64,000 nucleotides of DNA from Octopus bimaculoides (GCF_001194135.2 NC_068981.1:191881582-191945581); one strand, 5' to 3'. Positions 1 to 11,433 are shown, numbered from the stretch's first letter. Program-made: numbers and translations. The notes: generated by a model not told the origin, from the sequence alone.

Positions 1-74
1 ATATAGATATATATATATATAGATATATATATATATAGATATATATATATATAGATATATAGATATATATATAG

Positions 75-105
<31 letters not shown>

Positions 106-968
106 ATATTAAGCAGTATAATCCAACTGCTGCAAATATAAATGTTATTGTTATTGGAAATATTTAACACCACGCAAATTAAAGATTATATTAGTGGGAG
201 GAAACAATTTAAATATAAATTTATTAGTAATTTATTAATTACACACAGACACACACAATTATCGATTTGTGAATGTTTGAGCTATTTTGAGACTTATTTT
301 TAACTCTCTTCATACCATCTCGTCTGAGACTGCTAAGAGTTCTAGAATATAGCTTTCATGCTTTAAAATGATTTCTATTTCAAATACCAGCTTAATAATG
401 ACATATTTTACTAAATTCTTTAGTTTAAAAGATGATTGAAATAAAAGTAGTCTAACTTACAGAAATATGGTAACAAAAGTGACAAAATGCAGATAATTTT
501 TAATCCCATTCATGGTAAACAAAAGCTGTAGAGTACAAGTTAATGTTTTTACTGGTCAATAAATCAATGTAGTTTACACTGATCATCATAAATTGTACAG
601 ATGATATGAGGTTTCAATTTCAGCATAAAAATATCTCATTTGATAATCCAACACAGAAAAGAAAAATGTTGCAAATGGAGTGAATGTTATGAAGTTGGCC
701 ATAATGTTCTGCAAGTTGACTGATGAATCAATGTACACGCTTGTGTGTTTCAGGACACACACACACACACACACACACACGTTTATTATGCATCTTTACA
801 ACATAGACAAGAATGTGTAGATATTGATACAAAAGTTCAGCATCTTTGATAAAACAGTCAGTGATGAAAACAGTAGGTATCTTAGATGCTGGCAAAAAGT
901 CTGGTGAGCTTGGAGTAGTTCTTGATTAAGCTTGGTCACAACTTTGTTAACAAGTTGGTTGCTGTTGG

Positions 969-1193
969 TTACTGGGTTCCCAATAAAAGCATGGGAATTG
1001 ATGAAGATGACTTCATCGCTGGTCTGCTGTAACTGTTGAAAATACCATTGTTACAATGACTACCAGATACACTGCAACCAGTGGGACCTTTGGGACATGG
1101 ATTGATACACTGCAGCCTGGTGCTATGTCTTTGAGTTGAGACAACTGGCTTAGCTGAGAGTTTAACAACTGAATTTATTAAGGAGGAGGAGCA
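969..1193 (-). CDS. Speculative terminal exon candidate: CSSSLINSVVKLSAKPVVSTQRHSTRLQCINPCPKGPTGCSVSGSHCNNGIFNSYSRPAMKSSSSIPMLLLGTQ*
   Basis: Phase-0 acceptor aatttcacttaccactacttag|TGC and 74 open codons in a repeat-free island. No family homology recognised. Confidence 0.2.
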   Translation of the reverse strand, partial: CSSSLINSVVKLSAKPVVSTQRHSTRLQCINPCPKGPTGCSVSGSHCNNGIFNSYSRPAMKSSSSIPMLLLGTQ

Positions 1194-2297
1194 CTAAGTA
1201 GTGGTAAGTGAAATTGCAATACATTGAAACCGGGGAACAAGCTACTCACTGAGTTTTGTCATGGAGAATATATCTTGCTTCTTGACTAATGGTATGTGTA
1301 TACACCTACATCAGTTTGCAGTACCATCTGCCTAGACTGTGAGATGCTAACATTTTGGAGTAGTTGTTTCTTCATCAGTCACAGACACCAAGCAGACAAC
1401 ACTGCGGACTGAATTAAGAGATTACTTCCAGCTCAGTATATGCAAACATATTGTAGGCATACAACTTTGTCAAATTTACTCATTTCATTGTAGAATGTAA
1501 AAAAATGAGGACTTTTATTGGGATCCCATCAGAGGTGTTGACATCACTTGACCAACCAATCCCAGACTGAAAAAAGGATTCAGTCTGTTTATATACACAT
1601 AAAATCTATTAACTCCAGAGAATAGGAGCTACTAATTTGCATGCTATAAGGATTTAACAGTTTTATTTAGAATCAAAAGCCTGTCAACAGGGAATTCTTT
1701 GTTTTAAGACAGTTGGATGATAACACGAAGGGCATTTTGCTCCTATTTCTAACATCTGAACCATCACATACACCTTCCCTCATTAGCTTGTATTTCAGTT
1801 ACACGAAGCATGAACCAGCTATTTGCTGCTTTAGACTTTTCAACTTCCTGAAAGATCAAATTTAAGGTTCTGATACTGTTTCAATGCTGAGCTGTGATTG
1901 GTTGAAAAACAATATTAAATTATTGCAGAGATAGTTGCATACTCAGATTACTTAATTGGGTACCAGCTGCACTGAACATTAAATCCATGGCTGTTTTACA
2001 AATTTGTCATCCTAGAATGCACATCAAACCCTCAACCCCACCCAAAAGTTCTAGTTTATATTGTTTCAATTTTTTCTTTTTCATTTATAAAATTTTTCAT
2101 TTATAAAATTAAATACTCTATGAAGATTTGTTCATTTAGTGATGGAGCGTGAACATCATTTTTGATCTTATGTTTCTTTCACTTCATTAAAATTAATTAT
2201 GCCAACACCTTTAATTGATTTAATATGATAAACTGCTTGAGTTATAATGTTAGAATCACTATATTGAATACGTCAAGATCAATATCTTTCAGTTTGC

Positions 2298-2520
2298 TAC
2301 CTCTCTAGCATTTAAACTGGCCATTTCCAGCCCAGATATTCTACCTGTTTTATGTTCAAACTGGCCAGATCTGGCTCCTCACACCTACTCTACAATGTCA
2401 TTCTAAAAATAAACTATCACATCATCAATCTCTGAAAGCATTGAGATAATCTGTGATTAAGTCAAACCAATGTGAATAAGCATTACATTTGACAAAATAT
2501 TCTGAATGTTAAAAGGATTA
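2298..2520. mobile_element. TTAA-type MITE, family 1
   Basis: Reverse-orientation match to 9963-10183; right end AATGTTAAAAGGATTA. Confidence 0.6.
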
Positions 2521-3741
2521 CTTGTCTGTCTTCATCATAACTTTAACATGTAGTTTTCCTTGCTTGAATGGAGCAAATGAAATTCATTAAGATAGAACTC
2601 TTATGGCCAGATGTTCTTGTTGCCATCTCCCACTTCTTTCCAAGCAGATGATAAGATAACTGGACAATACTCTAATTCAATGCTGATTGTCCTCAGCAGC
2701 AAATACGTTCCCTAACTCATTGCAGACAGTCAACGAAAGCTGAGGTTTAAAAATTACAACTTAAAGAAAAACTAATGGGGTTCCCTTTGAAAGCAAAATC
2801 TCTAGAATTGTAAACTCCAGAGTCTAGTCTCTGGAGTCTGTGTACCATTTCTCATTTCTTGGATCATGGTATTCCTGTCAGATTGTGTCACTGCTGCACA
2901 AATCAATGAGATTTAAACACACACAAACTATCAACTTTAGTGTGGCACAACATTTCATCATGGGTCTTATTACACTCTTTCTTTCTGTAGATTAATTACT
3001 TTTGCCATTGTTCCCCTACACAAATATTATCATCCTTCACTCCTCAATCCCCTACAGATATCTTTTACAGCTGCAATACCTGAAAACCCCTCCTTCAATG
3101 GGAACAAGACAACCTCATCTTCATCAACATTACTCAGACACCCACCCATCAGACTTCAGAGTTCATTTAATTGTCTACAATCTTTGATGCTGCTAATCAA
3201 CCCTAGGTTGGCTCGAATCCAGCTGATCTATGTCCAAGACATTGCAGTATTTTCATACATAATATATCTAGAACTACATTATTCAATGTATCCTTGCTTG
3301 CTTAAAAAAGTGGATTGATTAGCAGGAGATTTGGCTGCTATTTATGGCAAATTGAGCAACCAGTAAGAAGCCTCCTTCCATATTTACATTGCCAAAAACT
3401 GTATGTCAAAAATGTAAAGGTTTAAATCAGAGAGCAGCTGTGACATTATGGTGATGGATTAGTGACCAACGATTGCGTTGGTTTCCTTAAGATATACATG
3501 ACATAACTTGTCGCAGTCCACCAAACTTCATTGTTGACTGGTTTCTAACAGGAAGATTAAACAGTTGTAAACCTCCAATAACACTTTTCTCTCCTCCACC
3601 TATGTGCTTTTTAGTTTCCATCTCCCACATTCCAAGAGGACTTGATACACAGCTTCCAAAAATATGAAAATAGTACACAGAAAAGTTTGGTAATTTGTAA
3701 GAAAAAAAAAAAAGAACTTTTTTTAATGAAAATGTACTCAC

Positions 3742-3825
3742 TTTGGTTGCACAGATGAAGCTTGTTGTCACAACTTTGGCAACAGCATTCATTAAATTCT
3801 TTGTTTCTTGAATGGCACTATCAAC
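3742..3825 (-). CDS. CTNNAL1: Alpha-catulin exon (84 nt, phase 0-0): VDSAIQETKNLMNAVAKVVTTSFICATK
   Basis: Acceptor cttgtctttacag|GTT; donor AAA|gtgagt; last helix of the vinculin-homology tail (I.E.KNLMNAV..VV..S..A.TK). Confidence 0.95.
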
Positions 3826-4007
3826 CTGTAAAGACAAGTATTTAAACATTGTATAATGAAATAAGGAAAACATGAACTTGACTGTTGAAGACATTGGATT
3901 GAAGATAAAATTTTTGCTTTTGTTAAAAAGATTTTTTAAGGTAAAATACTGTCTAAAAACAAAATAAAAACAAGTAAAAATGGTGAGAATAAAAAAAAAT
4001 TACTAAC

Positions 4008-4130
4008 TTTATTAAATGTGGCTGCTTTGCCAAATGTTGGAGCCCGAAGTGTTTTTAGTAACTGTTGACAAAATACTGGAATTCGGTCAAGATGTACAAC
4101 CAGTTCCTCTTTATGACCACTCGCCGGTAC
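4008..4130 (-). CDS. CTNNAL1: Alpha-catulin exon (123 nt, phase 0-0): VPASGHKEELVVHLDRIPVFCQQLLKTLRAPTFGKAATFNK
   Basis: Acceptor ttattattatcacag|GTA; donor AAA|gttagt; IP..CQQL and GK.ATF.K segments. Confidence 0.92.
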
Positions 4131-5045
4131 CTGTGATAATAATAAAGACAGAAAAATTAATTAAGTTCATCAGTGATTCAAATAAAGATACACAAGATTA
4201 GCTTCTAAAACACTTTCCATTACCTTCTCCTGGTTCGTGGGAAAAATTTGAAGTCAGCACTGCAGACGCTAAACAACTTGTCATTTATCAGTTCTCTCAA
4301 TATTTAATGAAGTAAACTGTGTCATACTATACTTATGGGCCCTTAACTCCTCAACAGAGTCAAGGAAGGGGTCACCATAGCATATGCTTTGGGTAGTTTT
4401 AGTTCTGACAGAACCCATCCCTCTCCAGATCAGACACCAGTAAATTTCTTTCAGAAGATGAGAAGGCAGATCAACCCCAGTATAGGACTGGTATTGAAAG
4501 ACAAAGTAAATGTCAGAGGGATTTGATCTCAAAGTGCAGGGAACCAAAACAACTCAAAGTATTTTAACATTCTAATGACTGTCAATTATTCCAGAAGACT
4601 GAAGTAAATTGTACATCCATAGGGATGAACAGGGATGAAGACTGGAAAACAAACAACGTTACTTGTATGACTAAGCTGTTCATTGACAAACAATCAGGTG
4701 ATGACAAGGCAACACACGTACATGTGTGTGTGTGAGGGGGTGCTGTCAGTTTTCGTTTACCAAATCCACTCACAAGGGTTTTGTCAGTTCAGGGCTGTAG
4801 TAGAAGACACTTGCCCAAGGTGCCATGCAATGGGGCTGAACCTCAGACCTTTTTAACTACACAGCCATGTATCTTAAAAATAATTTTTTTTAAAAACCGT
4901 TTGGCCGAATTAAAAACAAAGCAAAACAGTGAACATCACAAAACAACCAACAAAAATAATGGTGATGATGTAAGGAAAGATTGGTTTGTCTCTAATGAGT
5001 TTGAAACTTTGTGAAATGGCAAAGTGATACAAAACTCTTACTTAC

Positions 5046-5306
5046 TCGTTCAGCAAACTCTTTAACAGTTTTATATAATTTGTTGCCTTCATCAGCAAAA
5101 TATTTAGCCTGAGTAAATAGGTCTTGTGTTGTTTTCAAGGGGCCTTCTCCTCGTGTAAATAGATACATGGAAAAAGCCATGCTCGACATATTTTTGGCAC
5201 GTTTAACAATATCATTATCTGCTTCCTCCCATTTGTCTGTCTCAGCATCCATCTCAGATGTAATCAACTTCATTTCTAGACCAAGTTTAGCTATTTTGGC
5301 TTGTTC
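5046..5306 (-). CDS. CTNNAL1: Alpha-catulin exon (261 nt, phase 0-0): EQAKIAKLGLEMKLITSEMDAETDKWEEADNDIVKRAKNMSSMAFSMYLFTRGEGPLKTTQDLFTQAKYFADEGNKLYKTVKEFAER
   Basis: Acceptor tttgtatatttcag|GAA; donor CGA|gtaagt; start of the vinculin-tail-like bundle (KW...NDIV..AK.MS.MA.SMY.FTRGEGPLK). Confidence 0.97.
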
Positions 5307-5369
5307 CTGAAATATACAAATGACAAAAATTATTGATAAAATTTAACAATATATTGCAAAGACCAAGTT

Positions 5370-5512
5370 AGTAGCAGGGGTGGATGCTCTGAGAGCGTAG
5401 CTGCTAGAATAAGAATAGATTGGGCAAAGTTCAGAGAGCTCCTACCCCTGTTGGCAACAAAGGGCTTCTTGCTCAGAGTGAAAAGCAGATTGCATGATAC
5501 TTGTGTGTGAAA
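5370..5512 (+). mobile_element. RTE LINE internal fragment in the 438-bp intron
   Basis: Closely matches 16820-16960 (..AARIRI.WAKFRELLPLLATKG..LRVK.RL.D). Confidence 0.8.
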
Positions 5513-5744
5513 CCATTATTAGTATCATCATCATCATCATCATCATTACCATTTATTAGGCACCAATTTAAATTCTGATAATAGATATAATAAAAGAAGG
5601 AATCTATAATACTGGAACCAAGCTGAGACAACCTTTTTGGTAAACATTGAGTAGGAATAGAGTAAAGGTGAATAATTGTTGTTTAGTGTGAAACTTTGAA
5701 AAAAACAAAACATGGAATTAATAAATAAAAAAAAAGATATTCAC

Positions 5745-5795
5745 CTCTGCATCCAGTTTAACAGGTCGTAGAGATTTGACCATTGTTCCATGTTT
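5745..5795 (-). CDS. CTNNAL1: Alpha-catulin small exon (51 nt, phase 0-0): KHGTMVKSLRPVKLDAE
   Basis: Acceptor ttttcttttccag|AAA; donor GAG|gtgaat; fits the linker KSL(K/R)P.K.D.E before EQAKIAKLGL. Confidence 0.9.
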
Positions 5796-6419
5796 CTGGA
5801 AAAGAAAACTCTATGTTTAGCAAACAAGTTAGTTGAGGCAGAACTTCAGCTGAACAGCTTATTATGCACACATGCAGAAATGTATAATGCCAGAAAATTG
5901 GGTAGACTTTATGATCAAAAATGTTCTAAGATGACAAGGCATTATATTTAGAACTGTATTATCAGATATAACCTTCCCTTCTTAACATGGAAGGGTATAA
6001 TTTGATAGAGAATTATTTGTTCTTTTTAGCAGGAAATGCAACTTTCAATAATAAAATTTGAACATCCTGGAGGATGTCTTAAACACTGAAGACACACTAG
6101 ATAATAATAAATTTAATGCTTAATTATTTGATAAAACCTGGTTGTTCATCAGTTTTAAAGATGTCAACAAAACTTGCCAAAGAATGTTCCAGAAATTAGT
6201 AAACAAGTTAAATCTACTGAACAAAGTGTGATACAACACCACCACCTTAACTAACACCACTGATCTCTTTGGACATTTCTACGTTATATAACATTACTAT
6301 AGCAATGTTCTGTCCAAATAAAACAATTATATACTCATCCATTCAACAAAAGTAATGGTTAATTTTCTGATTATAGTTTTGCTTATTCTTGAAAGAGATC
6401 TGCAACAGTCAGCTATCAA

Positions 6420-6840
6420 TAACACTTATGAAGAGTGACTGCAAAATCTGTCCAGAGACGTGTAACCAGATGAACGCCCTGCCCTCACTCAATTAGCCAC
6501 TAACCACATTTTAACCATCCTGCTTTTCTGGGAACCAACACAGTAAAGCTTCAGCATCTAATGGCTGACTATGTAGAAGCCGACAAGATTTCCAACAACA
6601 ACCTTGGCCACCTTTTTGAATTCAATATCTTTACTACTTTGAATATGCTTAGAAAATTAAAGCAAAAAAAAGAAGCAGAGCAGCATCCAAGACTTTCACA
6701 CTCAGAATTGTTGAAGTATGGAATAAGCACCAACATCCATTTTTAACTGTCAGGACACTGAATTCTTCAAAAATTCCATGCTTCTCAAATCCATCAACAC
6801 TATTCTTTGCATGTCTATGTACCCTTTCCTATATACTGTT
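6420..6840 (+). mobile_element. CR1/L2-like LINE 3' remnant
   Basis: Frameshifted traces ..TVKLQHLMADYVEADKI.NNNLGHLFEF..T..MLRKLK....FHTQNC.SME resemble the LRR...DL...YKI...LF...TRGH..KL...F..RVV..WN C-terminus. Confidence 0.65.
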
Positions 6841-6907
6841 CAGTTTTCGATTTTTTTTATTTTTTATTTATTCTGTGTAATATGCATGTACTTCTAGCTT
6901 TTTTTAA

Positions 6908-8056
6908 GCTAAAACCAAAATCCTAATAAGTAGGAAGGTAGATAAAACACAAACCCCTTCAGGTAGATGGCCCTGCTCAGTATGTAGAAAAGGAGTAGGT
7001 AGTAACTCTATAAGATGTACCCGGTGCAAGCTATGGACACATAAGAGGTGCAGCAACATCAAAGGCAGGTTAACTAGCAAGTTAGTTTTTGTTTGTGGCA
7101 GATGTTCAGGTGCAATAAAGACTGTAAACAAACAGGAAACACCTTCTATCTCATTCCAGGGTGAAAAACTAGAGGTAGTCGATAGCNNNNNNNNNNNNNN
7201 NNNNNNNNNNNNNNNNNNNNNNNNNNNNNNNNNNNNNNNNNNNNNNNNNNNNNNNNNNNNNNNNNNNNNNNNNNNNNNNNNNNNNNNNNNNNNNNNNNNN
7301 NNNNNNNNNNNNNNNNNNNNNNNNNNNNNNNNNNNNNNNNNNNNNNNNNNNNNNNNNNNNNNNNNNNNNNNNNNNNNNNNNNNNNNNNNNNNNNNNNNNN
7401 NNNNNNNNNNNNNNNNNNNNNNNNNNNNNNNNNNNNNNNNNNNNNNNNNNNNNNNNNNNNNNNNNNNNNNNNNNNNNNNNNNNNNNNNNNNNNNNNNNNN
7501 NNNNNNNNNNNNNNNNNNNNNNNNNNNNNNNNNNNNNNNNNNNNNNNNNNNNNNNNNNNNNNNNNNNNNNNNNNNNNNNNNNNNNNNNNNNNNNNNNNNN
7601 NNNNNNNNNNNNNNNNNNNNNNNNNNNNNNNNNNNNNNNNNNNNNNNNNNNNNNNNNNNNNNNNNNNNNNNNNNNNNNNNNNNNNNNNNNNNNNNNNNNN
7701 NNNNNNNNNNNNNNNNNNNNNNNNNNNNNNNGTGGCCGTTGCCAGTACCGCCTGATTGGCTCCCGTAGGATTTTCGAGCGAGATCGTTGCCAGTGCCCCT
7801 GGACTGGCTTGTGCGGGTGGCACATAAAAGACACCATTTCGAGCGTGGCTGTTTTCGTGCGGGTGACACGTAAAAGCACCCACTACACTCTCTGAGTGGT
7901 TGGCGTTAGGAAGGGCATCCAGCTGTAGAAACTCTGCCAAATTAGACTGGAGCCTGGTGTTGCCATCCGGTTTCACCAGTCCTCAGTCAAATCGTCCAAC
8001 CCATGCCAGCATGGAAAGCGGACGTTAAACGATGATGATGATGATGATGATGATGG
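6908..8056 (+). mobile_element. 5'-truncated RTE-clade LINE (RT C-terminal part with embedded PHD finger, N gap, 3' UTR, (GAT)n tail)
   Basis: 6908-7186 is a stop-free frame AKTKILISRK...CSVC...CTRC...WTHKRC...CGRC...LEVVDS running into gap 7187-7731. 7732-8055 is the family 3' UTR ending GGACGTTAAACGATGATGAT. Possible TSD TTTTTTTAA at 6899-6907 and 8057-8065 (low complexity). Confidence 0.85.
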
Positions 8057-8124
8057 TTTTTTTAAAATTTTTTTTTTAATATATTTTTTTATTATTTTTA
8101 TTATTATTATTATTATTATTATTA

Positions 8125-8340
8125 AGGTGGCGAGCTGACAGAATCGTTAGCACGCTGGGCAAAATGCTTCGTGGCATTTTGTTCGTCTTCACATTCTGAG
8201 TTCTAATTCCACAGAGATCAGCTTTGCCTTTCATCCTTGGGAGGGTTGATAAATTAAGTCCCAGTGAAACACTGGGGTTGGTGTATTCAACTTGTCCACT
8301 CCCCCAAAATTTCAGGCTTTGTGCCTTTAATAGGAAGGAC
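8125..8340 (+). mobile_element. tRNA-derived SINE, family B
   Basis: GGTGGCGAGCTGACAGAATCGTTAGC (A box), GAGTTCTAATTCC (B box), CTTTGCCTTTCATCC..GATAAATTAAGT.CCAG central domain; follows a (TTA)n tract. Confidence 0.8.
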
Positions 8341-8877
8341 TGTTATTATTGTAGTTCATTAAACTACTTTGTATTGGATTAAAAGTTGTTTCTTTGTTCA
8401 GAAAACAGAAAGACACGACAGAGTTGCTTCCCCTTTATATTTAACCACTTTAAGAATACTACAAAATACAGACTGTATCTCCAAAACAAGATATTTGACA
8501 TAGAATGTATTTCTTATGTTATAACAGTTGTTGAGTTGTTCCAACAACATTTTCAAAGGTGCAGTTTCAGTTATTGGTTTGTTCAAACAACAAAGTCTAT
8601 AGGGTCATCAATAAATCATACATCAATAGGTTGTTGTTCAGCTCTGATTGAGCAGATCTGTGAACAAAGGCTTTCCAACCATGACCATCCCATCTTTTTA
8701 GGGTTATATAGGGCTACACTGTCAAATGTTCTGCCCTTCTTGAAGGGAGTAGTGTGTGATTTGAGAGAGAATTTACTGCTATTTCTAACAAGTTGAATAA
8801 CCAAATGAATGAAAAACTCATTCAATGTGGTGACTGAAGCCACCATGGGTTACAGCTACAAATCATACCATTTTCGT

Positions 8878-9175
8878 CATCATCATCAACATTTAACATA
8901 CATTTTCCATGCTAGGACATGGACTGGACGGTTTGACAGGAATTGGCAAGGCCAGGGGCCACACCAGATTCCATAGTTTGTTTTGGCTTAGTTTCTATGG
9001 CTGGGTGCCCTTCCAAACACCAGCCACTTTACAGAGTCTATTGGGTGCTTTTTATGTGGCACCATTACCAGTGCTTTTCACATGGCACTAGCATCACAGC
9101 TTTTCATGTGACACCAGCACCACTGCTCTTTACATGGCACCAGCACCCACACCAATGTTCTTCATGTGACACCTT
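8878..9175 (-). mobile_element. RTE-family 3'-end copy with internal ~22-nt subrepeats; similar tails at ~14140-14345(-), 20701-20925(+), 23812-24160(-), 29945-30180(+), 34680-34995(+), 45335-45520(-), 47643-47900(-), 51983-52380(-), 60125-60500(-), 61375-61590(+)
   Basis: CATCAT..TTAAC....TTCCATGC..GCATGGG.TGGACGGTTTGACAGG..GATGCCCTTCCTAATGCCAACCACT motif shared with the 3' UTR at 7732-8055; subrepeat GCTTTTCATGTGGCACCAGCAC. Confidence 0.75.
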
Positions 9176-9239
9176 GGTTTTAGGCTCTCAAACTATTGTG
9201 GTGGACAGAATTTTGTTTTGCAGTGTAGCTGTCTCCTTC

Positions 9240-9460
9240 ATTCCACCCAAGTTGGTGTGTTGTCCTGTATGAGGTTTCCTTTCTAATGTAGATGTTTCCC
9301 TCATTCCACACAAGTCGAGGTGTGTGTCCTGCAAGGTTTGTTATTGTCTAAGCTTGTTGAATCACATCTTTAAGAAGTTCTGAGGATAGCTTCTTGTTAA
9401 TAACTGACAGTTCTTAAGATGTCACACCTGTTGAGGGAGACTTAACAAGCATAATACACA
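9240..9460 (-). mobile_element. Possible extreme 3' end of an RLE-type LINE
   Basis: Weak resemblance of TTATTAACAAGAAGCTATCCTCAGAACTTCTTAAAGATG to the Q(K)..L..T..ILR..L terminus. Confidence 0.3.
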
Positions 9461-9962
9461 CACTTTTAGATAGAAAAATTGTCATTTATTTATTTTTAAA
9501 ATTAAGTTGCTAATCTCTTACAGAAAACTAATCAATTCTCATTACAATATTCACAAGTTGTAAACTCCCACAAAGAAGTTTACAACGTGTGAATAACCAG
9601 ATAATATTCCATAACTAGATATTATTCACTTCAAGAGAAGTTATATTTACAAGAAATATTCCTTATGGGCTGAGGCACAATATCAATTCAATATTAATCA
9701 TCCACATGATGATACAATAATGTACAAATACATGTCAGTCTCATTAATGAAGATTCAGTTATTTTCATTGAATTACTACGTAAGTGAATGAGAATTCTAT
9801 AGACATGTGTACCTTTAACAAAATCCTCAGATAAAAATCATTCGTAGTGCTTCAGCACAGTTTCTGTTAACCTATCAGTGTGGATGAATGGCTAAAAAGT
9901 TCACTTTGCTATCATGTGGCCCTGTAATCAATCCCACAACAAGGCATCTTGGGAAAGTGTCT

Positions 9963-10183
9963 TTAGCCTTTAGCATTCAGATTATTCCGTCAAATGTAAT
10001 CCTCATTTATTCACAATGTTTTTAATTAATCCTGCATTATCTCATAGCTTTGAGATTTTGATGATATGATTCTTTTTTAGGAATAACATTGCAGGATAGA
10101 TGTGAGAAGCCCAATATGGCTGGTTTGAACATAAAACAAAATATTTGAGTTGGATATGGCTGGCCTAAGTACTAAAAGGTTAA
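9963..10183. mobile_element. TTAA-flanked MITE, family 1, nested in a SINE
   Basis: TTAG-CCTTTAGCATT ... AGTACTAAAAGG-TTAA splits a SINE (..gggaaagtgtctt | acactggcccaggtcaacc..). Related copies at 2298-2520 and 18300-18430. Confidence 0.7.
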
Positions 10184-10254
10184 ACACTGGCCCAGGTCAA
10201 CCCAAGCTTTATGACAATAGTAAATATAACAATACAATGCTACAAACATTCATA

Positions 10255-10292
<38 letters not shown>

Positions 10293-10817
10293 TTACATTA
10301 ATGATACATAAAATATTAAATGATAAAAACACAAACTGTATAATAGCAGGGGTAAAGGTGTGAACAGCCCCACGTCAGCCATAACATGAAAGGTATTCCT
10401 TCTATGACTACCTTGTTCACCTTTTGTGCATTGCAGATCTAGGACTATAATATCCAACATATCCTTCCTTTATCAAGGTAAGAGGATTTGCCTGCTATTT
10501 CTAGTAAGATCAATAAACAAATGGAGCTTATAAATTGTACAGCACCTTAATATTACAGTATACACACACACACACATATGCATGTGTGTGCATACTGTAC
10601 TGCATTTCACAGTAATATTACAGACTAACATGGAAGCCTCCACTAGCACACACACTCACACACACACAAAAAATTAGGAAACAGAATTCTGCCCTGGGAA
10701 AGAAACTACAGAAATTGAATAAAATAATTTTTATTATATCTCTAAAGAAAAGCATCTCGATATATTATGTTTGTATATCATATACAAGATTAAGATATGT
10801 GGAAACCAAAGAGATAT

Positions 10818-10884
<67 letters not shown>

Positions 10885-11039
10885 NNNNNNNNNNNNNNNN
10901 NNNNNNNNNNNNNNNNNNNNNNNNNNNNNNNNNNNNNNNNNNNNNNNNNNNNNNNNNNNNNNNNNNNNNNNNNNNNNNNNNNNNNNNNNNNNNNNNNNNN
11001 NNNNNNNNNNNNNNNNNNNNNNNNNNNNNNNNNNNNNNN

Positions 11040-11121
<82 letters not shown>

Positions 11122-11433
11122 ACATAATTTTTTTAAAATTTTGTCTATGTATTTTTTATTTTGGTTGTATTGTCTGTCGGTCACTATGTCTGGATTTAGT
11201 TTTGCTGGTAAACTGCTGGAAATGACATCATTTTGAGTAAGCACTGAGTGAAATGACAAAAAGATCTAACAAAGGACCTTATTTAAACAATCACCTGAGG
11301 AGGCACACTTTACACTTTGGATGGATGATAATGATTACACAACACCTCACCAATGTAATAAAGATGTAAAAATGTGATGAAACAATTGTAGTGATTTTAA
11401 ATAAAGAATGTTATTCATTTCAGTTTCTATCTA

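Noticed and set aside
2530-2680. Possible terminal exon (..SSAWKEVGDGNKNIWP*)
   Set aside because: It matches the decayed SINE tail 2 (TGCTTGGAAA..TGGC.AC..CATC.GGCC) on the minus strand.
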